From Mytilus trossulus (taxonomy: Eukaryota): a DNA stretch of 64,000 bases. The notes under the pieces are model-generated. The model was not told the origin of the DNA. It did not search any database and saw nothing but the letters and a program-made list of their open reading frames with translations. The translations under genes were made by a program, and so were the position numbers. Location: positions 19,034,001-19,098,000 of the forward strand of contig NC_086380.1 of NCBI RefSeq assembly GCF_036588685.1, in the 5' to 3' direction. Shown piece by piece: positions 1 to 13,000 of this stretch (positions within the stretch are counted from its first letter, which is position 1; each line of letters starts with the position of its first letter).

Positions 1-829
1 TTTTTTAATATTAGCCAAAGCTTTACTAGAACAGATATTTTACACATATAGTATTCTGTGTAAAATGAATCTTGTTGCAAATAATTTTGTTTCTGTAAAG
101 CCTTGTCTGATATCTGAATATCAACAACAAGGTCCAAACATAAGTCTGTCCAATTTTTCTTAAATGTGATATAATAGAATTTGACTTATCACTTTCACCG
201 CATTTGCACTTACATAAGCAATATGACGGGACCATTGCTGTTTCCAATTAATAACTTAACAGCAGACGTTTGAAGTCTAAATGAACATAAAATTTCAATT
301 GCAGCTATAAATCGCTGAGCTGCTTTTAAATGCAATTTTTTAATCAATATTAAAGAAAAAGCTTCAGACAGTACATAGTGTCAAGGACAGTACATAGTGT
401 CAAGGAAATCGTATTCCCTGACATACTTTAAAACCAGGTGCTCTTCAGGGAACAGCTCTATACGACAGCAGAGGTCAAACCCTGAACAGTTGGGGCCAGT
501 ATGTACACAACATCCAAGCTCTGAATTTGAATTGTGATCAAAGGAGTAAGGGACGATTTTGGCCTCAAATTTCAGGTTCATCTTACAAAAGTGTTTGGAC
601 AATTTTTAAACACTTAAGTGTCTATTTTAATTGATTCGATTAGTTTTTGTGAAAGATTTTAACTGATTTAGTCATTAAAAATGCTCTAATTCAAGCTTAA
701 TTATGAAAAATCTATCAAATATGCCAAAAAACGTCACTTTTCAGATGTTTTTTGTCAAAAATGAATGTGGCCACATCCGTGTTCATCCTCGATCTTTATA
801 TATGTTTTGTATTATCATCAAATTTTGGC

Positions 830-1150
830 ACTTTTACCCCTAATTCTAAACAATGTTGAGTGATAATCCCAAGCGTCAATACTAGCCATCCCTTCATGTT
901 ATGGAAACTTGTGGTATAATTTCAAAGAGATTCATACACTAAAACACACGTTATTGTTTGAAAATTACAAAACAAAATCAATCCAAACCTTCCTATAGTG
1001 GTATTGAACCTTCTGGTAAAACATCATAGAGATCTATTCACTAAAAAAAAAGTTATTGTCCGGGCACAAAATGTGTCTTCGAACGACGACGCAGACGACG
1101 CAGACGACGCAGACGACATAATACCATTATGCGACGCAAAAATGTTACAA
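830..1150. mobile_element. End of a Helentron-type non-autonomous element (HINE-like) with a (GACGACGCA)n microsatellite
   Basis: GACGACGCA x3 at ~1085-1116, followed by ATAATACCATTATGCGACGCAAAA; resembles the microsatellite-bearing element end at 57430-57505. Boundaries approximate. Confidence 0.45.
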
Positions 1151-1632
1151 TGGAAGACACACCCAAAACGTAATCCCAACAATATTTGTAATTTGTTTTT
1201 AACCGAACCAAGCAGTAGCAATTTGTAATGTAGATCAAAGTTCAGATTTTGTTCTGGGGGTGTTATCCACTGTTCGTTTATGACTTTTAGTCGAGATATT
1301 TGAAATATAATTTGTTATGGTATTCATCACTTTACTGAAGTAATATTACTTGTTATGTAATTCTTGAATTCTTTAAAATAAATGTAGTAAATATTTATAT
1401 CAAAAATGGTTTCGTACAACGTAATTGTAATGTAGTTACTACTTTTGGGTCATTTTCTGCTTTTGAAAGCTTTTAAATAACAAACTGCTACTCAACTGGA
1501 CTTACCACATGCGAGCCACATTTTGAATATATGGAATAGACGTATGCATTTTTTTTAAGTTGAAAAATGTTAAACTACATAAATAAGATAAAAAAGATTT
1601 ATTTAATTATTCAGTTGTATCTTCTATTGCAG

Positions 1633-2027
1633 TTGCAATGTCCGCATGCAAGAGAACTGACGAAACTAAATCAAGTAACTCCGTGATCAAATTCGATGTA
1701 GTTAAAAGTGTGTATGGTATCTCAAACGTTAATTCATTTCAAAGCTCAGGAATATTCAGATGTGAAATTTCAGGAGTATATTTATTTACTGCTACAATCA
1801 TGTCAACAACCAGAAGTGCTAATTTCTACATGTTAAAAAATGGACAGGGACTTGTGCGTATTTTATTTCAAACATCAAGTCCTGGAAGCTCTGACTTTCA
1901 AACAGGAACCGGTAATTTGGCCATACACCTGAGTGTAGGAGATACACTGATGGTAAAAACTGGCACCTCTATGAAAGTCTATGGTGAAAACGAACTCTCT
2001 TGCATAACTATAATAAAACTAAAGTAA
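1633..2027 (+). CDS. C1q domain-containing protein, terminal exon (globular C1q domain)
   Basis: Acceptor ttgcag at 1631-32, then (V)AMSA...VIKFDVV...SSGIFRCEISGVYLFTATI...IHLSVGDTLMV...SCITIIKLK*, carrying the gC1q motifs G.F.C...G.Y.F and L..GD. Upstream exons were not located. Confidence 0.88.
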
Positions 2028-2653
2028 ATCGTGTATTCTGAACTTTATTGTAAAACATCAAGTTTGCATGTTTTGTATTATTAAACAAGATGACACTGTT
2101 GTTTTTTTTTGTTTTTTGTATCTTTTCTAGCTTATTTATGGATATATTAAAAGGATCAACCGATCTTATATAAAAATAGTACTGCATACATTGTAAATAA
2201 GTTACGAAATGTTTAATAACCGTTTGTACGCTAATGTGACCGTTTTCAGTCCACTAATTTCCATCACAAACTTACAATCAAATTGACGATAAGGTTAAGA
2301 CAAAACAGCTGTATGACAAACACGTTCAATCAGTTTGGAAGCTCCTATGGAATATAAAAACTTTCGGATAAACGGTCTGATTTGAGTACAGGTAATAATA
2401 TCAATAAGCAACAAAAAACTTTTAAGATAAAAATGCTTTGCACAAACAAAAATAAATCTATAAAGTATGGATAGCCACAAAAACAGGTTAAATCAACCAT
2501 TGTTTTTAAAACGAATGTCCTGTACCAAGTCAGTAAAATGGCAATTGTTTTTTTATAATTTGTTTCTGTGTGTGTTGCATTGTCGTTTATTTTTGTTCAC
2601 TCCTGTGTTTCTGTTGTTTCGTTGTCGAAATGTACATTATTACATTATTTTAT

Positions 2654-5600
2654 TAGTACGGCGGCTTTGTGAAAAAATGTGCACATCCTGCTACAAGCAT
2701 GAAATTTGGCATAGATCTTCCTCAACTAACACTCTTTCATTTCAGATAGGGAGGCATTTGAAAAAAATGTCTCACTTCCGGTAAATCCAAAATGGCGGAC
2801 GTCATACTTAAATCAGCCCAATATCGAAGGCTAGTGTGTAAAAATGTGTTATTACTTGCAGACACATGCACCATGATTTTAGTGTCTGTCTCTTTATGTG
2901 AACATGATGCTACACATGAAATACATCACGTGGTGGATAAGATTGAATATCCTGAGCATTTGTTGCTACAACTACCATACTTAGCAAAGACTTCATCCAC
3001 TCTTGTTACAGTTTCAAGGTATTTTATTAAGGACATAATATCCAATCATCATATTCGTTAGGAAACATCTTGAAACTGTAACAACAGTGGATGTAGTCTC
3101 GAATGCGAACATAGACAATACTGGTAGTTTGAAGGCTGCTAAAAGAAGCAAGAGAAACATTTAGGGGAAAGGGAATACACAGACGAATCCAGGGTTAAAA
3201 ACATCCTCAAATTTGGCAAAGTTTTCTGAGAGATTACGACAAGAAGAAAGATATTTAAAGTTTTCAATCACAGCAGCTTGCTCAATACAATTTTGAGTAC
3301 AAGGTAGTTGTAGCAACAAATGTTCAGGATGTTCAGTGTTATCCACACCTTGATGATGTTTCAAGTTAAGCACCATGTTTACACATGAGACTGACACTAG
3401 AATTAAGATCGATGTGTCTGAAGCAGTGAAACACAAACTTAACTGAGTCATTATTCGAACAGTACATACTGATGTCATTGCTGTTTCGCTATTCCGTAAC
3501 ATAGGGGAGGACAACTTTGGTTTGCATTTGGAAGGGGGAAAGCTTAAGATATATATCTATCCATGACCTTTCAAATATGTACTAGCCTACTAGGCATAAA
3601 AAGATTACAAGTTTCCTGGAAAAGGAACTGCGTTAGTGACATTAATGGCGTTTGAAGTTGTGACTTAAGCATTTAGAATGATGATTGACCAACCAACATC
3701 ACCATATGGATTTGATAAATTTAATGTCATTTAAAACGACACGTGGTTTTGTTGTAAATTCGAAAAAAACCTATCAGATTGGGTTAACAAAGCAAGCAAA
3801 TATGAGTTTTTGAAGTTTATGTACCGGTATGTGAGAAAGAATTCCACAGTCTTTGTAAATGTGGAAAATCAGCTCTCCAATTCTGAATTGCGGCCTTACA
3901 AGTATGATGATTAGATATTATGTCTTTACTTTAATAAAATACATTGAAACTGTAATACGAGTGGATGAAGTCTTGGATGCGTATGGTAGTTATAGCAACA
4001 AATGGTCAATATATTCTATCTTATCTACCACGTAATGTATTTCAATTTAAGCACCAAGTTCACATTCAGAGGTGGACACTAGAATTATTGACATGTGTCT
4101 GATGTAGTGAAACACGAACTTAAACGAGTCATTATTCGAACAGTCGTTAATGATGATGCTGTCGCTACAGTTTCGCTATTCCGTGACAAAGGGATAGACG
4201 AACTATGGATTGTGTTTGGGAGGGCAAAGGACTTTGTATTAATATCGTTTGAGAGGGCAAAAGACTGTGTATTAATATCGATTGGGAGGGCAAAAAACTT
4301 TGTATTAATATCGATTGGGAGGGCAAAAGACTTTGTATTAATATCGATTGGGAGGGCAAAAGACTTTTTATTAATATCGATTGGGAGGGCAAAAGACTTT
4401 GTATTAATATCGATTGGGAGGGCAAAAGACTTTGTATTAATATCGATTGGGAGGGCAAAAGACTTTGTATTAATATCGATTGGGAGGGCAAAAGACTTTG
4501 TATTAATATCGATTGGGAGGGCAAAAGACTTTGTATTAATATCGATTGAGAGGGCAAAAAACGTTGTATTAATATCGATTATCTTTCAATGGCCTTTCAA
4601 ATTGACAAGGCAATGAGTTATCTGACACACTTATTGTTATACATGCCTTTGCCTGTTGTGATATGGTTCTCTCTTTGCTTGGTAAGAAAAAAAGACTATT
4701 TGGATGACACTGATTGCATTTGAAGATATGACTTTAACATAAAGAATGATGATTGATCAGACTAAATCACCGGGGTTTTACTGTAAGATCGCACAAACTT
4801 TACAGATGGGTATAACATGGTTAAAGAAGCAAGAAAATAACAATTTGCGTAAAAGGGAAGGCTTTTTGAGGCTATTCCCTCAACTTGGTCTAGTTTTTGC
4901 CAGCATGTAAATCACGCAATATACTTAGGTAGGTGTTTAGGGGGACGAGCTTGGGATTAGCTCTTATGCTACCCACTCCAGGCGGGGACAAAGAGGATAA
5001 CTTTTAAATAACTGTTTTTGAGGCCATATTATTTTATCAGAAGCTTGGACATTATGGATGTAAGAAAGGATGCCACGGTCATTTTCAATGTGGAAAATCG
5101 GGTATCCCGTGCACTGCGATGTGTGCATGTCGTGGTGATCGTTATTTTTGGCCGAAAAGTGTAGTAATTTTAAATATATTTTAGTACTATAGGGATTTTA
5201 TTTTGTATTAATCAATGTATCCAAAACTCTACATCAAAGAAATGGGTTGAGGACTCATCTTTGAAATTTTCATCATATTTTTACCGGAAGTGTCAACTTT
5301 ATATTTAAGCATCTACAACAGGATAGAATAAGTGGTTTTGGGGATAACTTGAAGCCAAAAGTTTCATGACCAGCACAACAAAAAAAATTTTTTTTACATT
5401 TTAAAAAAAAGTTGAAAATTTGAATAATAAATTGATATTTCTATGTCCGCCATTTTGGATATTACCGGAAGTAAGGGTTTTTGAGACATATGTCTTATAC
5501 AATGTATCCATCAGAAGCACCAAAGAAAAGTTCCTGCATAATGTAATGATAGTAGCAATACGTTAAAAGACATTGCAATTACCCTCTCTAAAAAATGAGC

Positions 5601-5944
5601 TTATTTAAGTACAATGTCTGCCCTGTTGGATTTTGATCGGAAGTAGGGTTTCTGAAAACATTTTACCTATTTATTTTATCCAAAAGTAGTAAAATACAAA
5701 GGTTTGTACCAAATGTTATGCTAGTAGCATGATAATAACACCTTTTTAAATACTAGCCTTCGATATTGGGCTGATTTAAGTATGACGTCCGCCATTTTTG
5801 ATTTTACCGGAAGTGAGACATTTTTTTCAAATGCCTCCCTATCTGAAATGAAAGAGTATTAGTTGAGAAAGGTATATGCCAAATCTCATGCTTGTAGCAG
5901 GATGTGCACAATTTGTCTGAAATATGCTTGTAGCCGCCGGACTA
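2654..5944 (+). mobile_element. Defective Academ-type DNA transposon with ~200-bp TIRs
   Basis: TIR 2654-~2853 (TAGTACGGCGG...) is the reverse complement of ~5733-5944 (...CCGCCGGACTA). Degenerate transposase motifs: H.E.DTRI..VIIRTV..D..(V)SLF...ELW..FG, HAF.CD.V.S.LGK.KK..W, and a C-terminal GCKKGC..QCGKSGIPCTAMCAC at ~5056-5130. TTTAT flanks both ends. Confidence 0.8.
4215..4577 (+). repeat. 33-bp minisatellite, 11 copies (ATTGGGAGGGCAAAAGACTTTGTATTAATATCG)
   Basis: Read directly; translates as (I/F)GRAKDFVLIS x11 within the Academ transposase relic. Confidence 0.95.
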
Positions 5945-6929
5945 TTTATTTGCGTATTGCTCTGTTATGAATGTCCTTGCATATTTTTGTACTGTATTCC
6001 TGTCACTAAACGATGTCATTTTCATGTTATATTTAACATTGCCATACAAGCGACAGGGTTGGTTAGTCACAAAACCAGGTTCAACACATCATTTTTGTCT
6101 TAAAATGTTCTTTACAAAGTCAGGAAAATGTTACTCAAAGTATACGTACCAATTAGTAGAGATTTATAATAACTACCCAACAGCGAGTTAGAGTACGAGC
6201 ACGACTGAAAATCATACAGGTGAGCTACAGGGATGATCTCAAAATAGTTTGTACACTAATTAATTTTGCTGTGTTAGCTCTTTGCGGTGCAAAGTGATAG
6301 GACAAAACCATTTCAACAAGTTGATTTTTTTTTTTAGTTTCTTCAGAATCTGTTACTTTGACACAAATCATTCACTCGTGTTATCTGATCACTTCTGTAT
6401 GCATGTTTTGGTCTGGGTTTTTTTGGAAGGAGTTGTGTGTAAAAAGGGGGGGGGGCTGAAAAAATAAATTGATTTTTTTTTTGTGGCTTATTGATATACA
6501 ATTTTAAAAAGAAAATATAATATTGTAATGCCGTCGATCCCCCTTTTTGAATATACTATGGTATTACGTACAACTAATAATACGGAGATATCTGTCAGAT
6601 AATATGCTAAATGCAAATGAGTCTATTATATATGCTGATTGTACTAAACTTGATTTAATCTTATTGTGTTTCAAGTGATGCTATGACTGGAATTTATTCG
6701 CGGTGACAGAGTTTGTTCCCGGATTAACGGTACCTTAATTTTTGTTGTTTATTTGAGATATTAATCTTTTTCATGTATTTCTAATAACCTTCATGATAAA
6801 AAAAATATTTTAGTTCTTATTGGTTTTTAGCTGGAAAACATCTGTACATAAAACGTCCAGTGTTTACATTTTTGTAAAAATGCCATTTCTAGAGTTTCCC
6901 AAAACAGAGAAATGGTGAAGATTGGTCCA

Positions 6930-7260
6930 AAAAAAGAGGGACGAAAGATACCCAAAGGGACAGTCAAACTCATAAATCTAAAACAAACTGACAACGCCAT
7001 GGCTTCAAATGAAAAAGACAAACAGAAAAAAACAATTCACATGACACAACATAGAAAATTAAAGAATAAACAACACGAACCCCACCAAAAACTAGGAGTG
7101 ATCTCAGGTGCTTCGGAAGGGTAAGCAGATCCTGCTCCACATGCGGCAACCGTCGTGTTGCTTATGTGATTACAAATCCGGTAAATAGTCTAATTCGGTA
7201 GGTCAAATTCATGAAAGGGAAGGGGATTGTAGTTACGATCCGATATCATTTGTGAACATA
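6930..7260 (-). mobile_element. 3' end fragment of Penelope-like element family A
   Basis: Nearly identical to 20180-20520, 42350-42690 and the reverse complement of 54690-55015 (AAAGAGGGACGAAAGATACC...). Confidence 0.75.
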
Positions 7261-7820
7261 TGTAAAATAGTATGTGATTGGGTGACAGTCTAAAAAAAAA
7301 ACTGAAATGATCAAATACCATCAATACGGAAAGTATTTGTGATTAAGAACTAATATAATTATAAAACGCAAAACTTAAAATCTTGGGTGTAAATACAGGT
7401 GATAATTTGGGAGTAAATCTCGGTGACTTTGAAAGTTAATTAAGGTGATAAGTTGGGGGTAAATCTCGGAGATTTAATGAGGGGTGTAAATCCAGATGAC
7501 AAGTTTGGAGCAAATCTTGGTGACAATTTAGAGGGTATATTGTACCAATATGTTTAAGCATTAATGACATAGATGTCTTGGTGACAATAATAATACGCAG
7601 TTTCATACTGATAGTTATTTGAAATAAATTTTGTTGATTTAAGGCCACATACTTTTATAAGTGTTCTTTTATAGAGGCACATTTGTAAGCTTGTTCGAGT
7701 TATACTCTACATGTAGTTTTTAAACTAATCGAAGTTTACAGAGTGGAGAATCTGGATTGTTATATATATAATTAATAGATATAAATAAGATAATACAATT
7801 AACGGTACCAATTTTTCCTG

Positions 7821-7863
7821 CAACAGATGCGCATTTCGACAATACATGTCTCTTCAGTGATAC
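7821..7863 (-). ncRNA. Type I hammerhead ribozyme (retrozyme family 2)
   Basis: Minus strand: GUAUCA-CUGAAGA-GACA(UGUAU)UGUC-GAAA-UGCGCA-UC^-UGUUGC. Canonical core, 4-bp stem II, palindromic stem III, one mismatch in stem I. Sits in a ~170-bp repeat (7797-7970). Confidence 0.8.
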
Positions 7864-9199
7864 TCGCGGCCAAAATATTTGAAATCCAAAGCTTGTATAA
7901 AAGACGAAGAGCTAAAATACAAAAGGTTAAAAAGATATAGCCAAATCCGTGAAAGTAATCAAAGCTGAAGAGCAATAATTTAAGATTTAAGCCCAACTAC
8001 TCCGAGGACCAAAAAAACCTGTAACGAAGCCTGCACAGTCATTCTCTCAGCGATTTTGATAGTAAAAAAAATAATCAAAACTGTAATGCGTGCTGTGTCT
8101 TATACTTCTCACTCATATATTTTTTTTAATTTAAATCATATATGTTTCCAATATTATTTCTGGAACTGTGCATTAAATGGGAATACGTTCAGTATAAAAA
8201 TTTGGGACCCTTTACAGTTTACCTAGCGGTATGATTTTTTCTCTTCTCAAAACTGTACATTAGTAGTTTTAAACTAAGTCGTTTAGTATCTGATAGAAAG
8301 TAGTCTTTTTGGAAATCATGCAACTTCTTGTTTTTAGGATTATTCTTCGATTTTTCGGGGGTTTTTTCTCCCAAAAAACAGAAGAACAACTTAACACAAA
8401 TAAACGATAAACCATCCAAAAATTATACCTTAAAGTAGCAAAGATGAATAATTGAATAAGAATTGTTGTTTTTAAAAATTATTTTGTCAGACAGATGAAT
8501 CTGCTTGCACATCTAGGCTTTTGAACAGACGTATAACAGAATACCGAGTTTTCGTTAAACACATTGATTGCAAGTTGAAATGCTATAAATTCATGGGAAC
8601 TCTTTAATGACATCTTCGGCACAAACTAAAAGCCATTGTTAAAGTTTATGGGGGGTTTGGTTAATCACCGGCAAAGACAACTATTCAATTACGTAATATA
8701 ATAAAATCACAATGGTTACACTTTTTTTTATTGTTTTGAGGTAGCCCATGTCATTTAAACGGCCTTACTATGACTCGTAGTCAGACTGGTGTCGGAGAAA
8801 GACATTTATCGTTAATCTCTATTAAGAATACTTTATGTGAATGATAAATTTGATGTATGGTTTTTTTTTGTGCTCTTTGTGTAATATTTGTTTGTTTTTG
8901 TAATTCTTTAGATTGTGACACGGTGATGGCTGCTGTACACCTACTTAGACATTTTGCACCTGTTATATCTGGGATTTTTCACGCTTCGTTATCATTATAA
9001 TGGAATTGGATGCGACTGTCATACACGTGAGATGTTAAGCGCTATAAAACCAGGTTCAATCCACCATTTTCACTGTCATACAAATGAGATGTTTGGCGAT
9101 ATAAAACGATATAATCCTTAAGTTTATTAAGAGTTACAATGTTTAAACGTCTATAATCAACGCAAAATACTAGAGCTTTCGTCTTTATTTTTTTTCATT

Positions 9200-10030
9200 T
9201 AGACTATCCATGCCGCCCGGGAATGTGGGTGGATTCAATGATTATTCCTTTTTGTAACATCGTCAAGGTTGTCATTGATATCATTGTACAATGGTAAGGC
9301 TTTTGGTGAGGCATTTCTTTGATTGACTTTGTGTTTCTCGCATTGATTTTATGTATAACAAGATAGGTCCTTCCCAAGTCAACACTAGTAGAGACAAACA
9401 AGTCTTCGTTCTCTGTCGGCAAAAGCTAATCAATTCTTATGTTGTTCTTACCAAAAGATCTTCTAAATTTGATTTTAGTCTGTCATGTGTCTGTTCATTT
9501 GAAAAAAAAACCATATTTCCGTCTAGTACTGGATCAACCTCATACATTTGGGCTATATAAGTATCTCCACAGATTGTCTTAGAATCTAGTAATGTGTTCA
9601 CTAACAGGGAATTTTTCGCACCTGACCGTACAACGTTTGAGCAGTCAAAATGTTCAGAATTTTCTCCATTGTATGCATCTATAATCCAAAATCTTTTGTT
9701 GACGAGTCAGTTCTATTCTAATATGTCCTTCCCTACTAAACTCGCCATCATTCATAGTCACTCATTCGTCCATCTCTTACATAAGTTTTGACTTTATTGT
9801 ACAAGTCTAAAAGAACAGAAAGTCTAGCGGCATCATTTAAACCTTTCGGCCGCGATTGTGTATTTTACGTCCCATATTGGAATCAATTAATAGAATATGA
9901 ATAAATTGTTTCTCCCCAAAGTTTTGCATACGTCCAACAGGGAGAGTCGGATATACCAAGTTGGACAATCTCCGAATCAGTGATATTTTCAATACTATTC
10001 CTTTCGGTTCAATTTCTCGAACAAAAATAT
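9200..10030 (-). mobile_element. Degenerate Ty3/Gypsy LTR-retrotransposon fragment (gag to start of RT)
   Basis: EDLF...DLGRTYLVIHKINARNTKSIKEMP..P...MLQKGII.ES matches the Gypsy protease-RT junction; many stops. Confidence 0.65.
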
Positions 10031-13000
10031 TATTTAACTTTTTGATTTACAATACCAAGAAAAGATGTAAAATGTAACCAGAAAGCTTTGTAAAAACAAG
10101 TTTAAAACAAGCAAATACAAATATATCAGTTGAATGTCTGAGTTCATTTGTACTTAAAGATGTTTCGTGATTTACATATTTTGTGAGCACAATCTTCCTG
10201 TTTGATTATTTTTACCATTTTATAGAATAGGGAAGGGAAAATATTGTAAACATTGTGACATGATATAAGTATAATAAGAAAACCCAACAGTCGTTCATGA
10301 TTGATCATTGCAGTAACTAAAATGTGTCTGTAGGATAAGCAACAACAATCTTATTAAATCTATGTATTATGGTGGAACTACGTGAACAAGTGCTTACAAG
10401 ATTTTGTATTTAAGTGAAACATAATTTTGTTTTTTTATTGTTATGAACTGATCATCTTTGACAAAAAATAAAACAAAATACTGTATTCAGAAACATTTTG
10501 GGGTTTGTTTTTTTTCGCTTCTGGGTTATTTGAAAGTCATTAGTTTTTATAATTTGTGTTCAAATCTCTCATCATTCTTTTATTTTTGGGGCGTAATGTC
10601 TTTTTCATGGTGATAACAAACATATAGCAGTATCGTGTACGCTGCGGCAATCAAAGGTCATGATTTTGAACGAATTGTATCATCTTTTTTTTCAACTTGC
10701 TGATAAAAAATATGTTGTCTTGTCAATTTTACGCCTGTGGGATAATACAAATATCGTTCGGTTATTTTAAGGATAGGCATTATAGTTACCTTTTGTATCA
10801 TCAATGGCAGAATTTCGAAATAGGTTGTGGATTACAGTTTTTGAAAATAGTTAAAGAGAACATCACTTACCGTGCTTGATATTCAAAACAACCGAACGAA
10901 AATGAGAAGTAAATATTATGAACTCATTTTAATCCTTTCGGTGACATACGAGATTGATTTAAGCTACATTTATTAAATTAGTACTTAAAAAGTAAATGTT
11001 GTCTTGCGTATTTTAGAGAATCAAATTGCCCTTGATAGAAGGTAATACAAATTATCACGTTGAGAGTGGAAACAATAGAAACAAAAAAGGAACGTCTGTC
11101 CATAAACTCAATCAAACTAATTGATTTAGTTATAATAAGTAAATCTTTCTTTGATCATTTTTTTCTGTACAGTGAAATAAAACATCATAAAAATAAAATT
11201 GAGAATGGAAATGGGGAATGTATCAAAGAGACAACAACCCGACCATAGAAAAAACAACAGCGGAAGGTCACCGACAGGTTTTTTGTGAGACTCATGTTTA
11301 TGAACAAAAAGAAAACGAATATACTATCTTCTTATTGATGTGAACAAAAAAAAACATAATTTTTCTTATCCAGTTAAGTAAATTGTATGTTGAACCTGAT
11401 ATACCTGATATACATCTTTTTTTTTAGGTTGAATGGAGATGTTTCAAATAGTGTACTCAGGATTTTTTTTAACCATTACAGGTATGTGTATCAAATAAAG
11501 AAATGCATTCTACTAGAGAGAACTTATATGAGCTGATCGTTAAATATTCAAAGACATGTTTCAAAATACTATAAGATTAAGGGATGAATACTTCTCGTCT
11601 TTATTCATAAAATTAACTTTGAACGCTAGACATTTATCAGTTGTGGGTTGTATTTTGAGACTTTAATATAAACATAAAATTTCTTACTTAGGTCTGATGT
11701 ATTGAATTTTACGTTCCTATTCTAACGGTAACTGTGCAGTCCATGCAGTAAAAACTGTTTTCTATTATTTCGGGTCTTTATATCACTGACTATGCTGTAT
11801 TGGCTTTGCTCATTGTTGAAGACCGTACAGTGACCTATGGTTGTTAATTTCTGTGTCAGTTGTGGAGAGTTGTCTAATTGGTAATTACCACATCTTCTAT
11901 TTGTTTATTTTTGATGTCGGTTTTACAAATTCAAATTCAATGCAAAATGACAGTCGCATTATATTCCAATTTATTACATTGGTTGCAATGAAGTACATTG
12001 ATTTCCCAGTTAAAAAAGACGTCGATAACGGTGGATCAAAACAAATTGTGAATGCGTAGAAAAAAGATATAGTTCCTTACATGTTTTACATCAATTTCTT
12101 TTAAAAAAAAAAAAAGCCATTTGCCAATGTAATAAAAACAATAACTAATTAAAAAATTCAAATATCGAAAAATATTCAACTACGCTACGCGCATTCGTGA
12201 ATTAATGTAATGTTCGGTCACTCGTTGAATATTTTTCTCTCTTTGAATTCTAAGACTAGTTATTCTATAAACATTTAGAGCGATCTGTGAACAACACAAA
12301 CAGATATAATAATTATAAATGTCACAAAAGGGGGGAAATATGTCAACAATGATAAACCAAAAAACAAGACAAGTAGTCGATGAAAGTTATAAACCCTTTG
12401 TTGAAACAAAGACCCAATCCCAGTTCCCTCAATATATTTGACCATTAAACAAATGCAGTACTAAGTGTAACACTTTCCCAATTGCATTTTATAAATATAC
12501 TAGGTAAACTGTATGTATGCTCTTATAAATTTGTTTTATGTAATGGCGAATTTACTCGTCGATAACTTCTCTGATGTATATGCTATACCAATATTCAAAT
12601 TAAGATTTACACCATCTTTTCGTAGCCCCTTTTGTTTTTAAGTTAATGGTTTCTATTTCATACATTTATGAGGAAGGAGTCATTTTACCGTTATTTACAC
12701 AACAGACTTTACTAGTTACCGGAAATTTGGATACACCAAAACAGGTACCCCATACACAATGATCTTCTGAGAAACAGGATATGTATGCCCTCAGTTTTTA
12801 TTCATTCTTTCATTTTGTTTTACTCAAAATGGTCAATCAAACATAAATTCTACAGGAATCACCTGTAATCCTTCACCTGTTATTGGTTACTTTAAATTCA
12901 AATACATATTGTATCGTTTGATATTTACACCTATGCCTAAGAACTATTTATTTTATACATGTGGTTATCTAACACATGTTTCGATGAATTTTGTGGGTGA

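Noticed and set aside
367-404. 19-bp direct duplication GACAGTACATAGTGTCAAG
   Set aside because: Simple local tandem duplication with no associated structure.
4095-4616. Novel repeat protein (both-strand ORFs)
   Set aside because: Artefact of a stop-free 33-bp minisatellite in a dead transposase.
6827-7124. Small recurring ORFs (also 20086-20373, 42265-42569, 44088-44438)
   Set aside because: They recur because they lie in Penelope 3' ends or retrozymes; no evidence of coding function.
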